This document shows, piece by piece, positions 27,343 to 34,943 of a DNA stretch of 54,605 bases. How positions within the stretch are numbered: the first letter of the stretch is position 1; every line of letters starts with the position of its first letter. Source of the DNA: a virus (lineage: Duplodnaviria > Caudoviricetes). The translations under genes were made by a program, and so were the position numbers. Below the pieces are notes generated by a model. That model searched no databases and had not been told where the DNA came from. It was given only the letters and a program-made list of their open reading frames with translations. The stretch is from positions 1 through 54,605 of the IMG/VR virus record IMGVR_UViG_3300036770_004582; one strand, written 5' to 3'.

Positions 27343-27886
27343 TCAATTACGGGCGGGCCACGTCAACCGGTGGCAAATCGTGCAGACGGCACGGCCGCAG
27401 ACGCTGGCCGAGCATTCGTTCCACGTCTGTGCGCTTGCCGGCGAACTCGCGCTGCTAGCGCAATGGCCGGGGCTGGATGATCCGCACCAGCGGTTAGAAC
27501 TGATCTTTTGGGCCATGTACCACGACTTGATCGAAGTCAAGACCGGGGATTTGGCCACGCCGTTCAAGGAATGCCTACGGCAGGCGGGTGGGGCCGAGAT
27601 CGTGCAAGAGGCCGAGCGGATTGCGGACGAGGAGTACTCGGAGATGCACGCCCGGGTGCGGGGCACCCCAATCGGGGCGATAGTGAAGATCGCCGACATG
27701 ATTGAGGCGGCGTACTTCCTGCAGGACAATGGCTTGGGGTCGCACGCGCAAGAGGTACTTGCGAACATCTACCGCTCGATCCGCGAACTTGCTAACGATT
27801 CGGTCGAGGACTTCCCCGATCTGCATTTGTACCACGCCGCGCAGCTGGTCTGCGAGCGCGTGATCCGTGAAAGGGTATTTCTATGA
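27326..27886 (+). CDS. datZ: HD-domain dATP triphosphohydrolase
   Basis: LRAGHVNRWQIVQT..Q..AEHS, HDL.E.KTGD..TP.K, K.AD..EA..FL..NGLG.HA, closely following the DatZ pattern. Confidence 0.9.
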   Translation: MLTLTDQLRAGHVNRWQIVQTARPQTLAEHSFHVCALAGELALLAQWPGLDDPHQRLELIFWAMYHDLIEVKTGDLATPFKECLRQAGGAEIVQEAERIADEEYSEMHARVRGTPIGAIVKIADMIEAAYFLQDNGLGSHAQEVLANIYRSIRELANDSVEDFPDLHLYHAAQLVCERVIRERVFL

Positions 27887-28095
27887 AGTGTCCAAAGTGT
27901 GAAGGGGTAACGCGTGTTACGACTACTTACCAGAATAAGGCGAACACTACTCGACGGCGTCGCGAGTGTACGGTATGCAATTACCGATTCACGACCCGGG
28001 AGAGTGCTGAAACGGCGTTGGAGACGTTGGAGGATGAGCGGCAGATGATGCTGGAACTGCGCGAGGAGAAGGACGATGCCGGCGACGCGATTTGA
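27883..28095 (+). CDS. NrdR-like zinc-ribbon protein without ATP cone
   Basis: MKCPKC...T.V......RRRREC..C..RFTT.E. Confidence 0.75.
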   Translation: MKCPKCEGVTRVTTTYQNKANTTRRRRECTVCNYRFTTRESAETALETLEDERQMMLELREEKDDAGDAI

Positions 28096-28339
28096 GTGTA
28101 CAACGAGTGGGTACGCCAAACGGCACAAGGTAACGCAGACGTACGCGAAGCGGCTGTTGGACCGGATGGTGGCCGATGGGTACGCCGAAAAGCTGGCCGG
28201 TGACGGTCGGGGGTCGCGGTCACGCTATCGAGTGCTGCTGCCGGGCAACTGGTACCACGACCCGTTTAACCTGTGCCCGAAGCCGGACGTGATTGTAGAG
28301 GTCGACGATTTAGATGCCATAGAGGAGAAGAACTCATGA
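28076..28339 (+). CDS. Hypothetical protein, possibly winged helix
   Basis: 87 aa; helix-turn-helix-like segment followed by a beta hairpin (GRGSRSRYRV). Confidence 0.5.
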   Translation: MPATRFECTTSGYAKRHKVTQTYAKRLLDRMVADGYAEKLAGDGRGSRSRYRVLLPGNWYHDPFNLCPKPDVIVEVDDLDAIEEKNS

Positions 28340-28575
28340 TTGAGGAGAAATTCGCGCTTTGGACGCTCGGTTGGACCATGGGTATCATGACCGTCATCGC
28401 GGGCGACAAGCTAATGGATCGGAACGGGTATTCGGCGCCGACCGACACTGAGTTGGTAAGGGCCGAAACACTAATCGAGATGTACAACCGGGGGAAAGAG
28501 GACGTGCTGCGGCTGAATCCCGTGTCGCCCGAGTTGGACGCCGCGTGTCTGGAGCTGTGGACGCGCCGGCAGTGA
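28336..28575 (+). CDS. Small membrane-anchored protein
   Basis: GAGGAG RBS, ATG 28336, hydrophobic N-terminus. Confidence 0.55.
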   Translation: MIEEKFALWTLGWTMGIMTVIAGDKLMDRNGYSAPTDTELVRAETLIEMYNRGKEDVLRLNPVSPELDAACLELWTRRQ

Positions 28576-28682
28576 AACGGCGCTGGATGCAGTGCAAGCG
28601 GTGCGCGTCCAAATGTCTGTGGAAGCCCGCCCGGCGTTACTGTACGAAATGCGAAAAGCTGTTTAAGGCCATCAGCCATTGA
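28572..28682 (+). CDS. Micro zinc-finger protein (36 aa; not in ORF track)
   Basis: GTGA coupling; translates MKRRWMQCKRCASKCLWKPARRYCTKCEKLFKAISH with two CxxC pairs. Confidence 0.4.
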   Translation: MKRRWMQCKRCASKCLWKPARRYCTKCEKLFKAISH

Positions 28683-28737
28683 CTCGAGTATGCAACCCGT
28701 GTTATAATTGGGCATTCATCAACACTTATAGAGGACA
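28679..28737 (+). promoter_or_regulatory. Cassette promoter (deacetylase)
   Basis: TTGACT-N18-TATAAT with TG extension; ATAGAGGACA leader. Confidence 0.8.
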
Positions 28738-28746
28738 CACCCGACC

Positions 28747-29595
28747 ATGACCCCGCTCTACTTCTCCCCTAAGCAACGCACGACCTACGACTTCGTGTCG
28801 TTGAGCAAGATCCCGCTTTTCGTCGAGCAGTCCGGACGCGAGCCGATCACCGACTTCGAGCCGTTCGAGGACCGACATTTCCACCGTGCGCACTCCCCGA
28901 ACTACGTGGCGGATGTCTTTAGCCTGCGCCGCGTCAACGGCTTCGGCAACCGCAACGCCACCGTGAACGAGTCGCTGCGGTACTCCAACGCCGGGTTCCT
29001 CGCGGCCGCGCTGGATGTGCTGGAGCACGGTGGCATTGCCTGCTCGGCCACGCAGGGGTTCCACCACGCGCACTACGACAACGGGTACGGGTACTGTACC
29101 TTCAACGGCCTGATGATCGCGGCGACGCAGGTGATGGAGCGCTGCGGCAAGGTGCTGATCCTGGACGGCGACGGCCACCTCGGGGACGGGACGGACGACA
29201 TCACCGACGTGCTGGGGCTGGAGCGGTACGTGGTGAACGTCACCCGGGGCCGGGGGTTCGCCTCGAACATGGAGCACTGGAATCAAAACATGTGGGACAA
29301 CTGGGTCTGGGGATTGATTCAGCGGCACAAGCCGGGTATAATATTCTATCAGGCCGGCGCAGATGCGTGGATCGAGGATCCCTACAACGCCGGGTACCTA
29401 TCACTCGAAGGGTTAGCATGCAGAGACCGGGCGATATTCAAGGTGGCGCTGGAGGAGAAGATCCCGGTGGTGTGGAATCTCGCCGGCGGCTACTCGACGC
29501 CCATGCAGCAGGTGGTGGACATCCATCTGCAGACCCTACGAATCTCGGACGAGGTGTTGAATGAGCAAAAGCAAAGTAGCGCTCTCCCTGTTTGA
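28747..29595 (+). CDS. Zn-dependent deacetylase, histone deacetylase (HDAC/AcuC) superfamily
   Basis: GFHHA, GYCTFN, ILDGDGHLGDGT, YQAGADAWIEDP and LAGGY motifs all intact. Confidence 0.9.
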   Translation: MTPLYFSPKQRTTYDFVSLSKIPLFVEQSGREPITDFEPFEDRHFHRAHSPNYVADVFSLRRVNGFGNRNATVNESLRYSNAGFLAAALDVLEHGGIACSATQGFHHAHYDNGYGYCTFNGLMIAATQVMERCGKVLILDGDGHLGDGTDDITDVLGLERYVVNVTRGRGFASNMEHWNQNMWDNWVWGLIQRHKPGIIFYQAGADAWIEDPYNAGYLSLEGLACRDRAIFKVALEEKIPVVWNLAGGYSTPMQQVVDIHLQTLRISDEVLNEQKQSSALPV

Positions 29596-31006
29596 TCTTC
29601 TGCGCGGGATCGGCAAGACCGAGGAGAAGCTCGTGGAGAAGATTCCCGAGGCGGCTAAGGTACCGGTAGCTAAACGCCGGTTGACCGAGGGGATGCTGCC
29701 GCAGGAGATCGTCGATTTTTACAATCGTGAGGGGATGCTTGGGCGCTACCGCACCGGGGCGCCCGCCGTGGCGGATATTGTAAGTCGCTCGCGCGTCCCG
29801 GGTACGCAGTACGGGATGAAGACCGCGCCGGTGGAGACGTCCAGCTTGCCTAAAAACGCCGAGATCCGATTTATGACGCCCGAGGAGTTGGCCAAGCCCG
29901 TGGAACGGCGGACTCCTACCGGTAAGTTTTCGATCGAGCAGGACGAACAGCTAGAGGGAGCGCTTAATATGTACCCCTCAATCGAGTACCTGCTTAAACA
30001 GGCAGAGAAGTCGCCGACGATAGCACAGCGAACACTCGGACGAGGGCCGGTGACTCGGCACCTGACCACGACGCAGGCACCACCCGATATCGGAGCACAG
30101 GGATATCAGCTGGCATACGACATGACCCGAGGGCAAGGGGACGTGAACGTGGCCGACATCCTGACTTCGCGCAACGTCCTGCGCCGCCCGCTGAACGCGG
30201 CGAACTACGGGATCGCCCGGGGCGATTTTCGCAACGTGATGCCAATGTCGGACAAAGGTATCGGGGTGTCGAGCGAGCAGATCGGGCAGAGGGTTTTAGG
30301 CGGTCGGGGACTGGACACTTCGGACCTGCAGCTGGAGTACTTGACTCAACTGCTCGGCGACCGGGATTTGGCCTCGCAGGCGATGAATTTCGACGCGCTC
30401 CAACTGGCCAAAACCGGCGTTGGCGACCCTTCGGTTGCGACCGGGTACTTGGGGCTTACCAACGCTATGCGCTCGGCGTTGCTGGGACCCGACGCCTACG
30501 CGGCGCTGAAGAACACCGTGCATCCGGGCGACCTGAGTATGCTGCGCAAGATCATCTCGGCCGAGGACCTGCGAGAACTTGATAAGGCCTCGAACGTCAA
30601 AGGCGCTTTCGGTCCCGGTGCACTGGGCCGGGCGCGGACGGTGGAGGCGGCGGTCGAGGGGCTGAAGCAGCAGATGACGCCGGACGAGATCGTGGAGGAG
30701 ATCACAAAGGGTGTTGACCCCTCAGGCTTTTTTGGACGATACAAGCATGGAGGCGGGGTACGCAAGTACAAAGCCGGTGGACTTTCCGCCATCCGGCCAC
30801 CAACACCCACGCCGGTCGAGGCACCCACGCCGGACCCGCTGGTCGAGATGATCATGCGGCAGCTCGGGGTGCCGGCCGGGGGGTCGCCCTCACCGGAACA
30901 GCTCGAGCAGTTCAACGAGATGTACAATCGAATGCTTGAGCAGCGCCGACTGCGAGAGGAGACGTACGACTACCCGTTCCGGGAGCACGACGCAGCATTA
31001 GGGTAG
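29561..31006 (+). CDS. Uncharacterised 481-aa protein with two YKxGG motifs and a possible GNAT-like domain
   Basis: GAGGTG RBS; overlaps the deacetylase by 35 bp. The function call is tentative. Confidence 0.7.
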   Translation: MSKSKVALSLFDLLRGIGKTEEKLVEKIPEAAKVPVAKRRLTEGMLPQEIVDFYNREGMLGRYRTGAPAVADIVSRSRVPGTQYGMKTAPVETSSLPKNAEIRFMTPEELAKPVERRTPTGKFSIEQDEQLEGALNMYPSIEYLLKQAEKSPTIAQRTLGRGPVTRHLTTTQAPPDIGAQGYQLAYDMTRGQGDVNVADILTSRNVLRRPLNAANYGIARGDFRNVMPMSDKGIGVSSEQIGQRVLGGRGLDTSDLQLEYLTQLLGDRDLASQAMNFDALQLAKTGVGDPSVATGYLGLTNAMRSALLGPDAYAALKNTVHPGDLSMLRKIISAEDLRELDKASNVKGAFGPGALGRARTVEAAVEGLKQQMTPDEIVEEITKGVDPSGFFGRYKHGGGVRKYKAGGLSAIRPPTPTPVEAPTPDPLVEMIMRQLGVPAGGSPSPEQLEQFNEMYNRMLEQRRLREETYDYPFREHDAALG

Positions 31007-31030
31007 TGTGTGGTAGTTCGCCCGGCTCGT

Positions 31031-31112
31031 GGGTATAGAGCCGGGTATAGAGATGGGTATAGAGGTATATTTTAACGTTTCGAGTATAGAAAGGGGTATA
31101 GAGATGGGTACA
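31031..31112 (+). repeat. GGGTATAGAG direct repeats
   Basis: Exact copies at 31031, 31043, 31055 and 31094; degenerate copies near 31083 and 31106. Confidence 0.8.
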
Positions 31113-31478
31113 GATATAGGTACGATACTTGCCGAGCGCGGGGCGCGCTACGGAGACTTTGCGGAGCAAGCAAAGATCGCGCAACGGCTCAAGACCGTGC
31201 TGCGGTCAGCGGAACGCGATGTGGCGGAACTCGTGGCGATGCAGGACTACCAGCGCGAGGCGATCGAGATGATTTGTCATAAACTCGCCCGCATCGTCAA
31301 CGGCGACCCGTACTACGCGGACTCCTGGACCGATATCGCCGGGTATGCAAAGCTTGTGGCCGACCAGCTGCAGCGAGTGGACGAGGACCAGGTGGAGGCC
31401 TCGGCGCGCGAGTACCGGACGGTCATGGAGCAGGAAGACGCATTCCGCAACACGAAACCCATTCAACGATTCGATTAA
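31104..31478 (+). CDS. DUF6378-like protein (all-helical NTP-PPase-like)
   Basis: ILAERGARYGDF...EMICHKLARIVNGDP.Y.DSW.DIAGYA; start refined to ATG 31104. Confidence 0.75.
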   Translation: MGTDIGTILAERGARYGDFAEQAKIAQRLKTVLRSAERDVAELVAMQDYQREAIEMICHKLARIVNGDPYYADSWTDIAGYAKLVADQLQRVDEDQVEASAREYRTVMEQEDAFRNTKPIQRFD

Positions 31479-31490
31479 GGAGAACGAAAA

Positions 31491-31763
31491 ATGCGAGGCC
31501 GATCAATGTTTACATTTCTTTTTGCTTGCAGCATGGGCTGGATCACCACCGGGTGCAGCACCTTCTCGAAGGACGAACCCCGGGCAGACCAGAAGTTGGT
31601 GATTGACAGCAAGATCCAGCCGATGTCACGCAACGAGGTGATTTACGCGGTAAAAGAGTGCGAGTCCAACGGGCTGCGCGCCGCTATGATCTACGGCAAG
31701 CGCCGGGTGAACGGGTATACGAGCGAAATAGTGCTTGATGTGTCCTGTGCGCCTAAATGGTAG
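31491..31763 (+). CDS. Putative lipoprotein
   Basis: AAGGAG RBS; basic N-terminus, hydrophobic stretch and lipobox-like TTGC. Confidence 0.6.
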   Translation: MRGRSMFTFLFACSMGWITTGCSTFSKDEPRADQKLVIDSKIQPMSRNEVIYAVKECESNGLRAAMIYGKRRVNGYTSEIVLDVSCAPKW

Positions 31764-31769
31764 GGGTAC

Positions 31770-31830
31770 TTGACAGAATTGTACGACCCGTGCTATAATT
31801 GGGGTTCTTTTTAACAACCGATAGAGGACA
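31770..31830 (+). promoter_or_regulatory. Cassette promoter
   Basis: GGGGTAC-TTGACA-N18-TATAAT; CCGATAGAGGACA leader. Confidence 0.85.
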
Positions 31831-31835
31831 AAGAG

Positions 31836-32126
31836 ATGACCAAGAAAGCTAAAGTACCCGTGATCACCGAAGCCATGGTGGACGAACTCGCCGCAATCCG
31901 CGACCAGCTGAAATCGCTGAACGCACGCGAGAAGGTCCTAAAAGAGGCGTTTCGCGCCAATGGCGCCGGGATCTACGCCGGGGAGTTTAACCAGATCGAG
32001 GTGGTGTTCACCACGCGACCGCAGGTCGACATGGACCAAGTCCGGGACCTGCTTGGTGCCGAATGGATCGCCACGCACTCGCGCGAAGTCGAGATCATGA
32101 ACCTGCGACAGATGGAGCTGGTGTAA
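31836..32126 (+). CDS. Hypothetical early protein
   Basis: 96 aa with own promoter and RBS; N-terminal coiled coil. Confidence 0.75.
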   Translation: MTKKAKVPVITEAMVDELAAIRDQLKSLNAREKVLKEAFRANGAGIYAGEFNQIEVVFTTRPQVDMDQVRDLLGAEWIATHSREVEIMNLRQMELV

Positions 32127-32137
32127 TCAGACGACGC

Positions 32138-32197
32138 TTGACAGCCACCCCTCGTGGGTGGTATAATAGAGGTTCTTTTTAATAACTTATAGAGGAA
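32138..32197 (+). promoter_or_regulatory. Cassette promoter
   Basis: TTGACA-N18-TATAAT-AGAGGTTC; ATAGAGGAAA leader. Confidence 0.85.
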
Positions 32198-32205
32198 ACG
32201 TACAA

Positions 32206-33189
32206 ATGGCACACGAACTAGCATTCAAAGCAAACGGTGAAGCAGCAATGGCCTACACCGGGCAGTTGCCTTGGCATGGACTTGGACAGGCACTCGACGC
32301 GGACGCACCGCTTGAGACCTGGATCGAGGGAGCGGGCTTTAATTGGGATGTGAAACGCGCCCCGGTCTTTTTTGAGCAGCGCGACGAGGAGGACCACCCG
32401 GTCGCTACCCGTCGAGTGCCGAACCGGTGGGCGCTGTACCGGTCGGACAACGGTTGCCCGCTTTCGGTGATGAGCAGCAATTACAACATCACGCAGCCCC
32501 GGCAGGTGATGGAGTTCTTCCGCGAGTTGATCGAAATCGGTGGGTTCCGGATGGAGACCGCCGGGCAGCTGCGTGGTGGTGCCACCTATTGGGCGTTGGC
32601 CAAGGCGGACGACTCATTCGATGTCGGCGGCGGTGACCGCGTGCTGCCCTACGTGCTGCTGGCGTCATCGTGCGACGGCTCGCTTTCGAACCTCGCCCAA
32701 TTCACCACCGTGCGGGTGGTGTGCAACAATACGCTGACCATGGCCACCGGCAACGCCGAGGGGCAGGTGCGAATCCCGCATTCCACCCAGTTCAACCCCG
32801 AGCGGATCAAAACGCAACTCGGGCTGATCGGCGGTTCGTGGGATGCATTCAAGAAGGACGCCGTGGAGTTGTCCAAGCGTCACGTATCGAAAGAGGAGGC
32901 CACGCGGTTCTTCCTCGACGTGCTCTACCCGAACGAGGACACGATCGACTTGGAGGCCCACCGCCCAATGTTGAAGCTCGTGACCGAAATTTACTTGAAC
33001 GGCGTGGGCCAAAGCACCAAAACGGCCACCGGCACCGCTTGGGGACTGGTGAATGCCTTCACCCGGGTGGTGGACCACGAGCGCAAGGCGGCGTCGAACG
33101 ACTCGCGGTTGCAATCCGCGTGGTTCGGGTCGGGTGCACGGTTAAAAGACCGCGCATTGACGAAAGCGCTGGAGCTGCTGGCCGCATAA
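32206..33189 (+). CDS. DUF932/DUF945 phage-plasmid family protein
   Basis: MAHEL...PWHGLG, TAGQLRGG, S.DGS, T.VRVVC.NTL and GTAWGL.NA.T...DH motifs. Confidence 0.85.
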   Translation: MAHELAFKANGEAAMAYTGQLPWHGLGQALDADAPLETWIEGAGFNWDVKRAPVFFEQRDEEDHPVATRRVPNRWALYRSDNGCPLSVMSSNYNITQPRQVMEFFRELIEIGGFRMETAGQLRGGATYWALAKADDSFDVGGGDRVLPYVLLASSCDGSLSNLAQFTTVRVVCNNTLTMATGNAEGQVRIPHSTQFNPERIKTQLGLIGGSWDAFKKDAVELSKRHVSKEEATRFFLDVLYPNEDTIDLEAHRPMLKLVTEIYLNGVGQSTKTATGTAWGLVNAFTRVVDHERKAASNDSRLQSAWFGSGARLKDRALTKALELLAA

Positions 33190-33201
33190 ACGCTTTCCCC
33201 G

Positions 33202-33293
33202 GTGTCGTGGGCGAGGTCCGGAGGCCGGACGGTCACATCCTCTCCCCCGAGTCCTTTTCCCGGACTCGCTATCCGCCCGCGACACGCCTTTTT
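33202..33293 (+). ncRNA. Candidate structured RNA element (three-way junction plus U-tract)
   Basis: 12-bp closing stem 33202-33213/33274-33285 enclosing hairpins 33216-33230 and 33248-33268, then TTTTT. Confidence 0.45.
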
Positions 33294-33303
33294 AAAAGGG
33301 TAC

Positions 33304-33363
33304 TTGACAAAATGGTAGCACCCGTGTTATAATAGAGGTTCGTTAATCACAAAATAGAGGACA
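33304..33363 (+). promoter_or_regulatory. Cassette promoter
   Basis: GGGTAC-TTGACA-N18-TATAAT-AGAGGTTC; ATAGAGGACA leader. Confidence 0.85.
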
Positions 33364-33368
33364 AAGCA

Positions 33369-33683
33369 ATGAGAGATATGCACATCACCCAGCACATGAC
33401 GATCCACGTTCGACGTGAGCGATTCGAGGGGGACAGTATATACACACTTCACCCGTACGGCGCCGGACTGCGAGACTCGGAGAACGTACAGCCAAATATC
33501 GTTTTTCGCCTCCGTCGCGAGGGACGCCGTGCGTGGTCCCTGTACAGCACGACGGCGGACACGAACCATATGGATCGTGTTGAGCTAATGCGCGACGAGA
33601 CCGCCACCGCTATCATCGAGGCGGTGAAGAGCTACGACTGCGCGGGTATTTTGTCCCTTCACCACCAAGAGGAGCGCGTATAA
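33369..33683 (+). CDS. Hypothetical early protein
   Basis: 104 aa behind the cassette promoter and RBS. Confidence 0.7.
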   Translation: MRDMHITQHMTIHVRRERFEGDSIYTLHPYGAGLRDSENVQPNIVFRLRREGRRAWSLYSTTADTNHMDRVELMRDETATAIIEAVKSYDCAGILSLHHQEERV

Positions 33684-34090
33684 TGGGACAGATTCACCGA
33701 TACCAAGCCATGCAACGGATCGTGCAGGCGGCAGAGGTTTGGAACCGCAACGCGTACGTGGAGGACGTGATCGAAACCATGCTCGGCGAGGAGATCCTGC
33801 CGCTGTTGCTGCGGTACCAAGAGGTCTTCCCCGAGGAAAACATCGGCATTTGGGGCGGGACGCACGACGCTTTCGTGCAGCACCACCCGAGGGCCTGGAA
33901 CGAAATCCTTCGAACGGTCGCCTCCGAGTACGTGATCGATGGCTACTACACCGACCGTAAGGACCTCGTGGACGTGCTGGTGGGCAAGCAACCCCGCATC
34001 TGCGATTGGGATCCCGAAGAGGTGGTGCGCCACTGGTTGAATAATTACTCGGACGCCGAGATCGACTTTACGACAGAGGAGACAAAATAA
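33683..34090 (+). CDS. Hypothetical early protein
   Basis: 135 aa acidic protein; GAGGAG RBS, TAATG coupling. Confidence 0.7.
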   Translation: MGQIHRYQAMQRIVQAAEVWNRNAYVEDVIETMLGEEILPLLLRYQEVFPEENIGIWGGTHDAFVQHHPRAWNEILRTVASEYVIDGYYTDRKDLVDVLVGKQPRICDWDPEEVVRHWLNNYSDAEIDFTTEETK

Positions 34091-34263
34091 TGGCGACGAT
34101 TTGGCTCCTCGGGCAGAACACCCGTACTCCACACCCTCGGACCTTCAAGACGAAGGCGGCGGCGATCGCCTTCGCCCGCACCGTTTATCCCGGGCAAGTA
34201 TATTTTGTATGGAAGCAAAAGAGGGGGGTACTTGACAAGTGTATCCCACCTGTGGTACAATAG
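34090..34263 (+). CDS. Small hypothetical protein (57 aa; not in ORF track)
   Basis: GAGGAG RBS, TAATG coupling; MATIWLLGQNTRTPHPRTFKTKAAAIAFAR...; 3' end runs through the next promoter. Confidence 0.5.
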   Translation: MATIWLLGQNTRTPHPRTFKTKAAAIAFARTVYPGQVYFVWKQKRGVLDKCIPPVVQ

Positions 34264-34302
34264 AGGTTCGGTAGTTTTCCATTCACAACACGATAGAGGA
34301 CA
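34232..34302 (+). promoter_or_regulatory. Cassette promoter
   Basis: GGGGTAC-TTGACA-N18-TACAAT-AGAGGTTC; CGATAGAGGACA leader. Confidence 0.85.
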
Positions 34303-34308
34303 TTAAAG

Positions 34309-34857
34309 ATGAACACTGAATACGTAAAGCTTACACTCACCGGCACCACCCACAAAATCGCTGAGCGTCGTGGCGCTTGGGTCCGCGTTTTCATGGGCGA
34401 CGGCACGATCAAATCCTTCCGTGGCGCGCAGTTCACCTACGTGGACGCACCCGATACGGCCGTGACCGCAGAGGAGGCCTTCGGTGCCGCCAACGCACGC
34501 CGCCCGGCACCAGTGCCCGCATCAGCGGCGTCAGCCCCAAAGAAGACCGGCGAGACGGCTCCACGGGCACCCCGTGCACGCAAGCCACTCTCGGAGCGCA
34601 AGAACGGCAAGGTCGACGCGCTTTACCTGCAGTTCTACAAGCAGTACCGCCGCCAGGATGGCGTGCTGTCGGTCGACAACGGCGACGACGTCGCGGCAAA
34701 GCTGCGCGGCATGGACCTCACCCGCGTTTACGCCTACGCCGCCGGCGTGCTGAACGAGTCGGTCGAGGGCTTGAAGGCCCGGTACGAGCACCTGAACCCC
34801 GGTATGCAGCGCATGAACCTCGGCAACCGGGTGCGCGCCTTCTTGAAAGGGCAGTAA
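34309..34857 (+). CDS. Conserved hypothetical phage protein
   Basis: Small beta N-domain, Ala/Pro linker and C-domain DNGDDVA...YEHLNPGMQRMNLGNR. Confidence 0.75.
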   Translation: MNTEYVKLTLTGTTHKIAERRGAWVRVFMGDGTIKSFRGAQFTYVDAPDTAVTAEEAFGAANARRPAPVPASAASAPKKTGETAPRAPRARKPLSERKNGKVDALYLQFYKQYRRQDGVLSVDNGDDVAAKLRGMDLTRVYAYAAGVLNESVEGLKARYEHLNPGMQRMNLGNRVRAFLKGQ

Positions 34858-34878
34858 CACACAGGCCGGGTGGGGTAC

Positions 34879-34934
34879 TTGACAAAATGCCCCACCTGTG
34901 CTATAATTGTATTTCGATCAACCGATAGAGGACA
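34879..34934 (+). promoter_or_regulatory. Cassette promoter
   Basis: GGGGTAC-TTGACA-N17-TATAAT; CCGATAGAGGACA leader. Confidence 0.85.
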
Positions 34935-34943
34935 CCACACAAA

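Noticed and set aside
31491-31763. o-spanin
   Set aside because: It is a lipoprotein but lies far from the lysis genes with no adjacent i-spanin; function left open.
33202-33293. tRNA gene or hammerhead ribozyme
   Set aside because: It has no TTC T-loop, anticodon arm or CCA, and no CUGANGA/GAAA core. No tRNA was recognised anywhere in the window.
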